The position numbers were made by a program, and so were the translations under genes. Below, one piece after another: positions 1 through 9,955 of a stretch of DNA of 64,000 nt. The stretch's first letter is position 1. The number at the start of each line of letters is the position of its first letter. The notes beneath the pieces are model-generated. The model was given only the letters and a program-made list of their open reading frames with translations. It was not told the origin of the DNA and searched no databases. The DNA is from Opitutales bacterium (GTDB taxonomy: Bacteria > Verrucomicrobiota > Verrucomicrobiia > Opitutales > PNEW01): positions 151,401 through 215,400 of the forward strand of contig CBDANS010000004.1 in the NCBI GenBank assembly GCA_965197745.1, written 5' to 3'.

Positions 1-1
1 A

Positions 2-2251
2 CATATAAAAATATTTACGATTCTTATTCTCTTGCTCTGTTTACCGGCCAGTCTCTATGCCCTTCCTCAAGACCAGGAAGTATTTCTCGATTTTGAAGAT
101 GCCGAAGGATCGGGTGATTTTACCCTTGGTGAACCACCGAATACCATCCAGTTTGTCGGCTTCACGGTAGAGACTTTAGAAGATCCCGCGCTATTACACT
201 CAGGAACGAAAGCTATAACCCTTGGGCCCGGTCAGGAAGGGAAAATTATAAGCTTTCGCGGGATTAATACCTTGGAATTTTACGCGGCCGAATCAACGGG
301 GGGCGGCAAAATCGAGATTAGAGGAGATAAAAACAGCGAGGGAGGACTTGCTGGTGGATTTCCTGAAGTTATAACCGTGATAGGAGATAATGGCGAAGTT
401 GTTGGACTGCCGGCTAACATCAGCCCGGGAGCCAACCCTGTCTTGCAAAGCTTTCTCGCTGACAGCGGCAATTTTCTTGATGCTACGGACCTGGAATTCC
501 TTGAAGGTATAAAAGAAGTAAGGATTCTCAATGTTACAGGAAAATTTTCCATTGATGATCTTGGCTACACGCCCACGGATAAACCTGTCAATAATACGGT
601 CTATACCCGTTTTGAGTCGAGTGAAGGATTTGGGGTAGGTGATGGTGCACTGGAACCTATTACTATTGGGACTTCTCCTTATACCGCTACTTTTACCAGT
701 ACTGGTGGTGTTGGAGGTAGAATTAGAGCTAGTGGCGGCGGCTTCGCAGTTCATTCTGGTAACCAATCTTTGATTGTCCAGACGTCAGGAGGGGAATTCA
801 CCATCACTTTTGAAACGCCTGCTTATGAGGTGGATTTTTATGCAAATTGTGAACCTATATTGGGGCAGACAGGAGAAATCGATTGCACGATTGAAGTCTT
901 CGATACTAATGATAACCTGCTCGTAACCGAAACAAATTTGGAGACGTCTGTTGAAGCGACATTTAAACCCTTTTTTTTTACCTTTAATGCAAATGAATTG
1001 GGAGCACCGGGAGGCATTGGGAAGATTGTTTATAGTGATGAAGAAGATGTTAACGCTGGTGTATTTACCCGTAATGGTATCGACGATTTCGGATTCACCC
1101 CGATCGGTGCCCCGGGAAGCGGAACGGGCGGACCGCCTCCTACGCAAGGCCCCACCATCACCACCCAGCCCGCGAGCCAGGAGGTACAGTCAGGTACAGC
1201 TGTCGTTCTATCGGTAGTGGCAAGCGGTGACGATCTCACCTACCAGTGGTATACCGGCAACAGCGGTGACACCGCAAGTCCCGTCGCCGGCGCTACCAGC
1301 GGCACGTTAGACACGGGCGCTCTCACCGCGAACACCAGCTTCTGGGTACAGATTACTAACGCCGGGGGTACCGCGAATAGTGAAACCGCGGTTGTCACCG
1401 TAGCGGCACCTTCCCTACCCCTCGTTCTTGAAGGCACGGGTGATATTGCCGGTGAAAACATTCAGCATGCCAACGGGAATGTCTTCGACCAGATTTTACT
1501 CACCGGAGAGTCCGTCCAACTCCAAGCCAAACCGGGACAGATCACCCGCGTCTCTTTCATGGACGAAAACGAGGACATTGTGCAGGTAGAGTTCTCCGGC
1601 AACGGTACCTTTACCGTATCCCTCGACCCGGCCACCTTCCTGCCGCCAGCCGTCCCCCCACGCTACAACCAGGCCGTTGAGTATGTGACGGGCAAGCCGA
1701 GCGTGGTCATCGATGGAGCGGACGCCAATACCTTCTTCAGCATTTTCACGGTGGGCAGGATCAACGCCTTTAACCAGGCACTGTTTCCCGAAGGACAGGT
1801 CTATGACGCCCAGGCCGACGTGGCCCTCGTGGAAGTAGTCAACTCCACGGGACTGGGAGGGGTACAGTTATCGAACACCGTGTTCAGTGGTAGCACCGGC
1901 AAGGTCGGCTTCGATGCGCGTGGAGTACCGATCGCGGTACGCTTAACAGTAGGTGACATCGATGCCAGTGGCGATGCAGTACCGCACCTCTTGTTCGGTG
2001 AAGGATCGTTCACAGTAGCAGCGGGCAACCCTGGTTTACGCATCACCGGTGGAGACCTAGAACAGACAAACGGTGCTTCGATCGTAGTGGCAGAGAGCGG
2101 ATCGACAACAACCGGGTTTGAGACCCTGATCTCTCAGAACAACTTCAAGTCCGACAACACCCCGCAACCAACTCAGAGTGTCGGTGCGACCTTCGCTAAC
2201 GAGGATGGGGATGAGATAACAGTGACAACCGAAGAAGTGACGATCGAATAA
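2..2251 (+). CDS. Secreted/surface protein: two jelly-roll-like repeats + Ig-like domain + conserved ~270-aa C-terminal domain (5'-truncated by window edge)
   Basis: Frame is open back to nt 2 (HIKIFTILILLLCLPASLYA, signal-peptide-like). Two repeats end in IDDLGY/IDDFGF, followed by a Gly/Pro linker and an Ig motif (PTITTQP...LTYQWY...FWVQITN). C-terminal half is nearly identical to 47895..50147. Confidence 0.85.
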   Translation, partial: HIKIFTILILLLCLPASLYALPQDQEVFLDFEDAEGSGDFTLGEPPNTIQFVGFTVETLEDPALLHSGTKAITLGPGQEGKIISFRGINTLEFYAAESTGGGKIEIRGDKNSEGGLAGGFPEVITVIGDNGEVVGLPANISPGANPVLQSFLADSGNFLDATDLEFLEGIKEVRILNVTGKFSIDDLGYTPTDKPVNNTVYTRFESSEGFGVGDGALEPITIGTSPYTATFTSTGGVGGRIRASGGGFAVHSGNQSLIVQTSGGEFTITFETPAYEVDFYANCEPILGQTGEIDCTIEVFDTNDNLLVTETNLETSVEATFKPFFFTFNANELGAPGGIGKIVYSDEEDVNAGVFTRNGIDDFGFTPIGAPGSGTGGPPPTQGPTITTQPASQEVQSGTAVVLSVVASGDDLTYQWYTGNSGDTASPVAGATSGTLDTGALTANTSFWVQITNAGGTANSETAVVTVAAPSLPLVLEGTGDIAGENIQHANGNVFDQILLTGESVQLQAKPGQITRVSFMDENEDIVQVEFSGNGTFTVSLDPATFLPPAVPPRYNQAVEYVTGKPSVVIDGADANTFFSIFTVGRINAFNQALFPEGQVYDAQADVALVEVVNSTGLGGVQLSNTVFSGSTGKVGFDARGVPIAVRLTVGDIDASGDAVPHLLFGEGSFTVAAGNPGLRITGGDLEQTNGASIVVAESGSTTTGFETLISQNNFKSDNTPQPTQSVGATFANEDGDEITVTTEEVTIE

Positions 2252-2618
2252 TCCATTAAGGTTTATCGTATTCCCTCGCGGAAAAATCACCTCCGCCGCA
2301 TACGGGCTAATCGATTTTCGATTGTGAAGGATGTGTATTTTTATACCCCCCCCGCCACCTAAATTATCAGGGGAAAAGTAATTAATATTAGTCTGCGTTA
2401 TCCTTGGATATCGGCGAATCTATTGTAACTATCATTGTAACTTTGACTAAATCCTTAATCTATTAATTACATAAACATTGAAAAGTGACATGAGGTTTGG
2501 TAACCGGTGACAGAGGTTTGGTAACTTTTGTAAAAAAAGTTACCCTTACCGAGCCCCATTATCGTCATTTCAGGGGAGTGTTTTACAGCTCTTGAAGGGG
2601 CCGTTTTCGACCGTTTCT

Positions 2619-2942
2619 GGCTTTGTTGAAAAGCTCTGGTACAAATGAGAAAAAGAGTTAAATGGGGCAAGCATGAGCGAAGGAGGGCTTGTGCCATTGG
2701 TAAAAGTAGCAGTAGAGGTAGGTGAAGAGGTGATCGCACCCGACAGGCATAAATTTTCGCCGCAGCGCTGCACCCAGCCACAGTTGTCGGCCGTCTTGTG
2801 TTTGATGCGCTACGAGGATTGGACGTTGCGCGCGTCGGAGAGGCGGTTGAACGCACACAGTGAGTTGTCCCAGCCGTTGCGAGTGAAGCAGACGCCGGAT
2901 CACACCACGGGGTATCGCTTTTTTGAACGGGTTGAAGAGGCG
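2619..2942 (+). mobile_element. Truncated IS5-family element (left end + transposase N-terminus), cut by the IS3
   Basis: IS903-like terminus GGCTTTGTTGAAAAG at 2619. ORF 2673..2945 (HKFSPQ..TQPQL..LCL..PDHTT..RF) resembles IS5-family transposase N-termini and ends at the IS3 right end. Confidence 0.65.
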
Positions 2943-4260
2943 TGATCGGGTTACGTAAACTGGTCCACCGAGAGAGTTAGTCTGGAGAGGTTAATGTTGA
3001 AGTTAAGTTGGTAGAGGAAGTCAAGGCTTGGGCGCAATGAGGGCGTAGCCCGAATGGAGCCCAAGCCTTCGGTATTAATGTCTTCAGCGAAGCACCGTGG
3101 GGTGATATTGCCGAGGCTGCGGTGGGGTCGGACATTATTGTAAAGCCAGCGCCAGTCCTCGATCACCACGCGGGCTTCGGTCAAAGTCCATAGCTGTTCA
3201 CGGTTTAAACACTCCTCGCGAAAACGGGCATGCAACGATTCGATGTATCCGTTCTGCCAAGGGCTTCCTGGTTCGATATAGAGGGTTTTGATTTTCATCG
3301 CAGTTAGCCAGGCTCTCAATTCCTTTTCAATGAATGGCTTCGCATGTCGTCGCTTCGCTCCTCGGAACGGAACCGTTGTCACTGCGAATATATTGTGGCG
3401 GCCCATGACGGGCAAGCAGTTTTTGCATGATACCGCGCACCGTTTCCGCATTGATATGGCGATCAACATGGATCACTCGACACTCGCGGGTGTACTCATC
3501 GAGCACGGTCAACATTTTTAAACTGCCACCGCGGACCGTCTTATCGTGGATAAAATCCCAGGTCCAAACATGGCCGGGATGTTCGGCCTTGGTCGGCAGC
3601 CCGGTGGAAACACCCCTGCCCCGACGTCTTGGCTTGCGTTGGGGGATCGCCAAGCCCAGTTCGCGTCGTAGACCTTGCACGAGACGTTTACCCACCTCCC
3701 AGCCTTCGTCTTTCAACAGCTTCGTGATCTTCGGATAGCCCCACCTGGCATATTGCCGTGATAACCGCCTTACTGCCGCCTTCAGTTTCATTAACCAAGC
3801 ATCCGGATGCTTCGCCTTATACGCATAGGTGGAACGGTGCAGCCGAAAGTACCGGCACCCCGCTCGCATCGAACACTGGCCCCGAGCCACAAGTCTCTCT
3901 GCCACTTGCCGCTTGTGCCCAGGGCTTACAGTTTTTTTTCGAGGGTCTCCTGCAGGATCTCTATCCCCAGCATCTTGTCCGCCAGCATCCGTTTTAACCG
4001 CGCGTTCTCCTTCAAAGAGTTCCTTCATCCGCTTGGCCTGGTCGACATCAATCATCCCAAACTCACGCTTCCAGCGGTGGAAAGTCTGTTCGCTAATGTT
4101 GTTCTCGCGGCATGCTTCCAGGATCGTTTTCCCTTTGTCCGCCTGCCGCAGCATCCGTATTTTCTCTTCAGTTGTGTATCTTTTGCCTTTCATTGTCTGA
4201 GTCCTTTCTAGGTTACCCAGACTAACTTTTCAAGTGTACCAGTTTTCGTGGTCACGACCA
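2943..4260 (-). mobile_element. IS3-family element (IS407-like orfA/orfB), disrupted
   Basis: Imperfect IRs TGATCGGGTTACGTAAACTGGTCCAC..GTTAGTCTGG (2943) and TGGTCGTGACCACGAAAACTGGTACAC..GTTAGTCTGG (4260, - strand). orfA HTH MKGKRYTTEEKI; A8 slippery run near 3932-3939; orfB motifs WTWDF, SDNG, PGSPWQNGYIES, YNNVRPHRSLG. An extra base near 4015 and a ~32-nt insertion at ~3336-3367 disrupt it. No TSD seen. Confidence 0.92.
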
Positions 4261-4339
4261 GTTCCTTTCCAGGGTGTAGGCCAGATTCAGTCGAGATCCC
4301 AGGTTGATGCCCTCGCCGTCGTCTCGAAAACACGCTGCA

Positions 4340-4860
4340 GCTTACGCGGTATTGCCGAAGCTCACTGGACGACGTGAAAGCTTTGCTGGAACTGCAACAA
4401 GAAGGGGAAGAGGTCCATGCGAAGCTGCAGGAGGAAGTCGAGGCACTGGAAAGGATTCTCTCTCGCATGGAAACCCGGACCCTCCTTTCGGGACCTCACG
4501 ATGAAACAACGCCATTGTGACCATTCATCCCGGTGCTGGAGGAACTGAAAGTCAAGATTGGGCCTCCATGCTGATGCGCATGTATCTCCGGTGGGCAGAA
4601 AGAAAGGGTTATCAGACTGAAGTTACCGATTTTCAGGCTGAGGATGAGGCAGGCATCAAATCGGTCACTTTCCTGGTAGAGAATGAATTTGCCTATGGGT
4701 ATCTCTTAGCCGAGATCGGGTGCACCGATTGGTTCGCATCTCTCCCTCTGACGCCGGTTCACGAAATCACACCTCTTTCGCTTCCGTCTTCGTAACATGG
4801 GAAGTCGACGACTCGGTGGATATTGATGTGGAGGGAAAGGATCTCCGGATCGAAAACCCC
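4340..4860 (+). pseudogene. prfB: Peptide chain release factor 2 fragment (frameshifted, lacks N-terminus and GGQ)
   Basis: Across frames reads [77 protein letters not shown]. Frameshifts near 4505 and 4720. Confidence 0.88.
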
Positions 4861-5309
4861 TTTGACTGAACAACCTGTTGATCCATTCGATGGCCGGTGC
4901 GAGCGCCCAAGGAGAGAACCGCGTTCAATCTCCTGTCAAGCGGGGCCTCATCTCCCATTCGGCTATAAAAGAGATTAAGACAACGGGCGAAATCCGCCGG
5001 AAACAGCCACTCCCTCGACCTACGGCAGAGCGCGCCTCCCCTCGACTCTACTGCTCATCGTGGCCCCTCATACATGTGTGTTTCATGGTATGTTGCCACG
5101 TTAAGGATTCGCACTAATGAGCAGTGGCAATTTTAGGGAATAATTCGTTTTAATTGCTCCTACACTAGAGGTGGTTTTTGCTATTACCAAATAGATGATG
5201 ACGCAGGTTAATTTATAGACAACATTACTGTTAGCGACGCCACTGAACTTATCGATTCAACAACAATCGATCTTGGCATATCTTCTTCAATGTACCTCAT
5301 GCATCAGGT

Positions 5310-6085
5310 ATGTTTGCACTACAAGTCAGAGGAATCGGATGGGAAACTTTTCCATTAGAATTCGGACCCACTCATATCGTGCAAGTGATCGAAGTTGAAG
5401 CTAATAATGAACTTATCGTAGGTGGTTCGGGTGATTTAGTCGGGGAGAACATTCAGCATCCCAATAGAAACGTCTTTGACCAGATCCTGCTCACTGGACC
5501 ATCCATCAAGCTCAAGGCGAAGCCAGGTCAGATCATGAGAGTGTCGTTTATGGATGAAGACGAGGATATTGTCTAGGTGGAGTTCCCAGGCAAAGGCACT
5601 TTTACTGTAACTTTAGATCCAGCGACTTACGTATCTCCGAGGTTACCCCCGCACTATAACCAGCAGGTTGGGTATGTAACAGGTAAACCCAGAGTGGTCA
5701 TTGACGGTGCAGACTCCAGCACTTTCTTCAGTATCTTCACGTTGGGAAGGATCAACGCGGTGAACCAGGCATTATTTCCTGAAGGTCAGGCTTATGATGC
5801 TGAAGCCGATGTTATCCTCGTGGAAGTGATCGACTCCACCCGGAATAGGGGGGGATGCAACTTTCAAATACGGTCTTCAGCGGAAGCTCAGGAAAGGTAG
5901 GTTTGGATGCGCGAGGAGTTCCGATCGCTGTGTGCTTAACGATAGAAGACATTGACGCCAGCGAAATGCGCATCCGCATTTATTATTTGGTACGGGTTCC
6001 TTCACTGTGCTTGTAGGCAATCCAGGGTTGCGCATCACCGGAGGAGACTTGAAGCAAACAAACAGGGCATCAATTGTAGTCGCGG
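5310..6085 (+). pseudogene. Degraded member of the conserved C-terminal-domain surface protein family
   Basis: GSGDLVGENIQHPNRNVFDQILLTG..RVSFMDEDEDIV* then VEFPGKGTF. TAG at 5574 replaces the Gln of DIVQVEF; further frameshifts near 5845 and 5960; cut by an IS3 fragment after NPGLRITGGDL. Confidence 0.88.
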
Positions 6086-6655
6086 AGTGCGGATCGATGA
6101 ATACACGCGTCAATGTCTGGATATCAGAGTAGCTCGTCAACTCACCTCTAAGGACATCCGCACTGTTCTCAGCAAGACCATTGAAAAAGAGGGTGTTTCC
6201 AGCTATATCCGTAGTGACAACGGCAGTGAGTTCATTGCTCATCAAGTGCAGCAGTGGTTATCCAACAAAAAGATCAAGGCGATCTATAGCGATCCGGGCA
6301 GTCCCTGGCTACCGAGCGAAGCGACTCCTCAACGAGCGATAGCGAGAATAACAAACGGTTTCATCGAGTCATTTCACAACCGCTTACCCGATGAGTCTTT
6401 GAACCGTGAAGTGTTGCTCAGCGTGGCTGAAGCCCAATGGGTAATCGAACAATGGCGTCAGACCTACAATAATGAACATCCCTACAGTCATTTAGGCTTT
6501 AATAGCCCACAAGAGTTTGTCAGATTCCTTTCCGATCCTGGCGAAGTGAGGGCGTAGCCCGAACGTGGCCAGGATCTCTCCTATTCATCAACCCTAAAAC
6601 CATTAATCCCCGATACTCTTTAACTTAAACGTATACAAATAATGGAGCCCGATCA
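6086..6655 (+). mobile_element. IS3-family orfB 3' fragment with right IR
   Basis: IDEYTRQCL..IRSDNGSEF..PGSPW[14-aa insert]NGFIESFH..YNNEHP. Ends ..AATGGAGCCCGATCA, similar to the right IR of the first IS3. Confidence 0.85.
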
Positions 6656-6760
6656 GTGTTTTAATCAGTTGTTGCAGTTGATGTAAGTTTTCTATAGGAA
6701 CTTTTCAGATGTGGTATTCTTCTATCAAAAGAATCCAAATCATTGTTAAACAGCCCTATT

Positions 6761-8014
6761 TTAGAATTTAATATCAGTCTGCAGCCAGAACTTCTGCCGA
6801 TCTGCAAAACCATTTTCACCGTTAAAATAACTGTATTTCGCCAGTATTGACCAGTGCTTATTCATCTTTCTGGAGATGACAGCATCTATCTCATAGCCGT
6901 AGTCCTGACTACCTTCCTCAGCTGTGAACCAATGGCCAGTAATTTTAGCTGGCAGATCTTTCATTAAAGAAATTCCTGCCATCAAATAAATATCTTCCAG
7001 CCCTTGAGATGGGGTAGAGAGAAAAACATCACTCCATCCATTAAATTTATGCAAAGTGGCTAATGGGGTACGAAAACCCTGGTTGTTGTCGCTACCCAAA
7101 AGTTCGTAACCGGCACCCAATGTCAAACACTTATAGGTTGATGCGGTAACATGAAAATAATTGGCTTCGTAATTTGATGGATTATTGTTGGCATCTGTCT
7201 GATGTGCAAACTCGACATGCCATTTGAGGATCATTTCATTTTCGCTTTTGCGCGAACCTGAATACTGCATTCCATAGGTATTGCTTGAATTAGCTGCAGC
7301 ATTATTGAGATCCAGAAGATAGGCATAAAGGGTAAGTTTAGTGGATTTCTGGCCCTTGTAATCCATTTTGATCAAATGTGAACTGGATTTAAATTCCCGT
7401 TGCGCGGGTTGGGGAGCATCGTCTCCAAAAATACGATGCACCGTGTCGATATAACCATAATAAAAAATAAAATCGGGTATACTTTGATTTGTTACCGTGA
7501 CCGCATCATAGGTCTGTTCATTTTGACGGAATCCGACATTGCCGATAAAACGGGCATTATCCAAGATGATCCGTTGTCGACCAATTATTGTTGTCGTATC
7601 AAATCCTGTAATACTAACTTGAGCTCGATTTAATTCAGTTCCTTCAGGATCGGCAATTACCGTTCGGCCTGGTTGTGGGTAGGGATTAAAATTACCCTCC
7701 GATCCAATCACCCGAATATCCTCCATTTCTATCAAGGCAGAAATTCCGTTAAAACTACCAGTTTTAAAGCCCAACCGCGTACGTAACGTTACAGCGTTAG
7801 AATCATCACGGCCATCCTGATCGGCAGTTTCATAGCGCGGGCGGACATTTAGAATAATTTTGCTCTCCTTGAGCAAAGGGGGCATCTCTTTTTGTAAAAT
7901 TCGCCCTAATTCAAGTCCTTCTTGTCCCTCACAATAAAACACGAACAGGTTGAAAAGTCCGGTGGTAATTAAAAGCCTGTTAAGCCACATACATTTTAAT
8001 GCGATCAGTTTCAT
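6761..8014 (-). CDS. Outer-membrane beta-barrel, alginate export (AlgE-like) family
   Basis: Signal peptide; RPRYE..TLRTRLG, ADPEGTELNRA, GRQRIILDNARFIGNVGFRQNEQTYDA, FRTPLATLHKFNGW; terminal Phe. Confidence 0.8.
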   Translation of the reverse strand: MKLIALKCMWLNRLLITTGLFNLFVFYCEGQEGLELGRILQKEMPPLLKESKIILNVRPRYETADQDGRDDSNAVTLRTRLGFKTGSFNGISALIEMEDIRVIGSEGNFNPYPQPGRTVIADPEGTELNRAQVSITGFDTTTIIGRQRIILDNARFIGNVGFRQNEQTYDAVTVTNQSIPDFIFYYGYIDTVHRIFGDDAPQPAQREFKSSSHLIKMDYKGQKSTKLTLYAYLLDLNNAAANSSNTYGMQYSGSRKSENEMILKWHVEFAHQTDANNNPSNYEANYFHVTASTYKCLTLGAGYELLGSDNNQGFRTPLATLHKFNGWSDVFLSTPSQGLEDIYLMAGISLMKDLPAKITGHWFTAEEGSQDYGYEIDAVISRKMNKHWSILAKYSYFNGENGFADRQKFWLQTDIKF

Positions 8015-8090
8015 TGAGGATCATATTCTTTAATAACGTTATTTTCTCAAAAATAGCGAAATACTGCTGTGCATGGTTTCATTTATATAT

Positions 8091-8570
8091 TGACCTGCCC
8101 CCGTTTACTGTACCAGAGCCAGTGTTAGATCCGGCAGGATGGTAAGAGTTTTGATTTGATTAGTCCAGAGAACTGTAATCTTTGGATATTATAATTGAGC
8201 CGCCAGGATTCAACTTTTTTTTATTCTTTAACTTCAGTCGATATGCAAAATATCTCGGTGTTAAGAAGTTCATGGTTGGACCCCGTTTTTCGTACCAATT
8301 TTTAAGTGAGAGAGTTACCGGGTGTGACCTGCTCCCGTTTACTGTACCAGAGCCAGTGTTAGTTCCGGCAGGGTGGTATGGGTTTAAATTTGCTTAGACA
8401 TGGCTCTGTGGGCGTATTCGGCCGGAGGCCGATAGCCCAGAGAACTGTGTGGTCTTTGAGTATTATAATCAAGCTGTAAAAGGCTTCAAGTTTTTCTTTC
8501 ACTTCAGCCGGTATACATAATATTTCGGTGTTAAGAAATTCATCTCATAAGCGTCAATGGACGGCTAACA
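8091..8570 (-). mobile_element. Two tandem IS3-family 3'-end relics plus an intervening second IS end
   Basis: Direct repeat TGACCTGCYCCCGTTTACTGTACCAGAGCCAGTGTTAG at 8091 and 8325. The - strand encodes DEFLNTE..DYNTQRPHSSLGYRPPAEYA. A second IS3-like end starts at 8273. Confidence 0.8.
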
Positions 8571-8577
8571 GCTCTGC

Positions 8578-9591
8578 CTACTGCATATTCAAGTAATATT
8601 CCAGTAAGGTCTCCGTTCCTCCTGGTATTAGGGCCTGTCGGTTGTTCGTGGTCGGAGTATAGCCGTGTTCACGCTCGAAGCTATCGGGGAGTCCATCTTT
8701 ATTGACATCTTCAAAAAGTGGGTTGCTTTTCGTTATACGTAGATTTCCTAAAGTCGTATAAAATTCAGACCCCAGGGTGATGATTATATTATTTTCTCCG
8801 GCAACGTAGTCTAAGTCCGCGAGCCATAGTATTTCATAAATATAAAGATCCAAATAAAGATCCCAAATACCCGCTTCGCTATCCAAACGTAAGGTAAGCG
8901 TCTTCGGTACTTTTGCTTTCCCGCCTGGCTCAAGCCCAAAATAGATACCCGTGTTAATCCATTCGTCACCGTCCAGGACTCTGATGTATCCGCTCGGGAT
9001 ATTGTCCTCATTGGCATACCATTGAAAATCTAAAACCGCTCCGGCAACATTCAATCTGGTGGGATTCTCGGAATTTACGCTCACCGATGGAATGATGGTA
9101 AAAGAGCAGAAAATTACTTCCTCCTCCAAAGGCACTTCTATTTGCACTTCTCCTATCCCGCTCATGATTACAGATCTGAGGGCCCCCTGCTCATCATTCG
9201 CTTTCGCATCCACCACCGCGTTACCCGTAGTCGTAACAGCACCCGGTAAAATTCTGTCTGAGGATCCACTCGCTGTTACCTCTATCGGCTTTGGCGTCGA
9301 GAACGCGCTCCAACTCCCCGTCGAACCTGTGCGATAACTAACCCATAGATAGGGAATCTTCGCCGTTATTTCCTCCGGGTCGTCAGACCAGGAAGGAGGA
9401 AAGTATTCATCTCGATCCCTCGCACTCGCAGGAATGGGCGGGCGGATTGAAGTGACCGTGCGGCGATAAATATATTCGATTCCATCGCCGTCTTCATTAA
9501 CATTGGCGGTAATATCAGTACTTTGAGCATTAGCTAATTGGTATACTGAAAATATGAATATACAAAGACTGGATCCCCATTGTGCTTTCAT
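8578..9591 (-). CDS. Secreted hypothetical protein with C-terminal Ca-binding-like DxNxDGLPD motif
   Basis: Signal peptide (..LANA-QS), beta-rich body, FEDVNKDGLPDSFE near the C-terminus. Confidence 0.7.
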   Translation of the reverse strand: MKAQWGSSLCIFIFSVYQLANAQSTDITANVNEDGDGIEYIYRRTVTSIRPPIPASARDRDEYFPPSWSDDPEEITAKIPYLWVSYRTGSTGSWSAFSTPKPIEVTASGSSDRILPGAVTTTGNAVVDAKANDEQGALRSVIMSGIGEVQIEVPLEEEVIFCSFTIIPSVSVNSENPTRLNVAGAVLDFQWYANEDNIPSGYIRVLDGDEWINTGIYFGLEPGGKAKVPKTLTLRLDSEAGIWDLYLDLYIYEILWLADLDYVAGENNIIITLGSEFYTTLGNLRITKSNPLFEDVNKDGLPDSFEREHGYTPTTNNRQALIPGGTETLLEYYLNMQ

Positions 9592-9874
9592 TATTTTTAC
9601 TCTCTTTTGTTTAGAAATAGCATTAATTTCTATCCAATATCTCCCATATGAATATTCATAATCGTTGAAAATCGCAATTTTCTAATATTTCGAAGGAAAT
9701 TGCTGCTTCCAATATAATGTGGCAATCTCTTCTTTCGTTACTTGATGATTAAATCGGCAGTATTTAATAATTATTGCTGAATTTCCCTCTGCCTTGGTTT
9801 TTATGAGTTTATACCTTAAAGCTCTAATTATCAAGTGTTTTACCTTTTAGGGAAGGATTAACTGGTGCATGAAG

Positions 9875-9950
9875 TGATCGTACCCCTTTATTCGTACCAA
9901 TTTAAGTGAGAGAGTTACCGTGTATTTGACCTGCTCCCATTTACTGTACC
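9875..9950 (+). mobile_element. Stacked IS3-like ends (scar)
   Basis: TGATCGTACCCC..CGTACCAATTTAAGTGAGAGAGTTACCG followed at +52 by TGACCTGCTCCCATTTACTGTACC, the same arrangement as 8273/8325. Confidence 0.7.
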
Positions 9951-9955
9951 TGATA

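Noticed and set aside
1150..2251. Diversity-generating retroelement TR/VR pair with 47895..49000
   Set aside because: Differences are mostly synonymous and not adenine-specific; no reverse transcriptase in the window.
4340..4860. Functional prfB with programmed +1 frameshift
   Set aside because: No CTT-TGA site or N-terminus, no GGQ motif, and multiple internal frameshifts.
5574..5576. Amber readthrough/pyrrolysine
   Set aside because: It is a CAG-to-TAG change in a gene with additional frameshifts and IS truncation.
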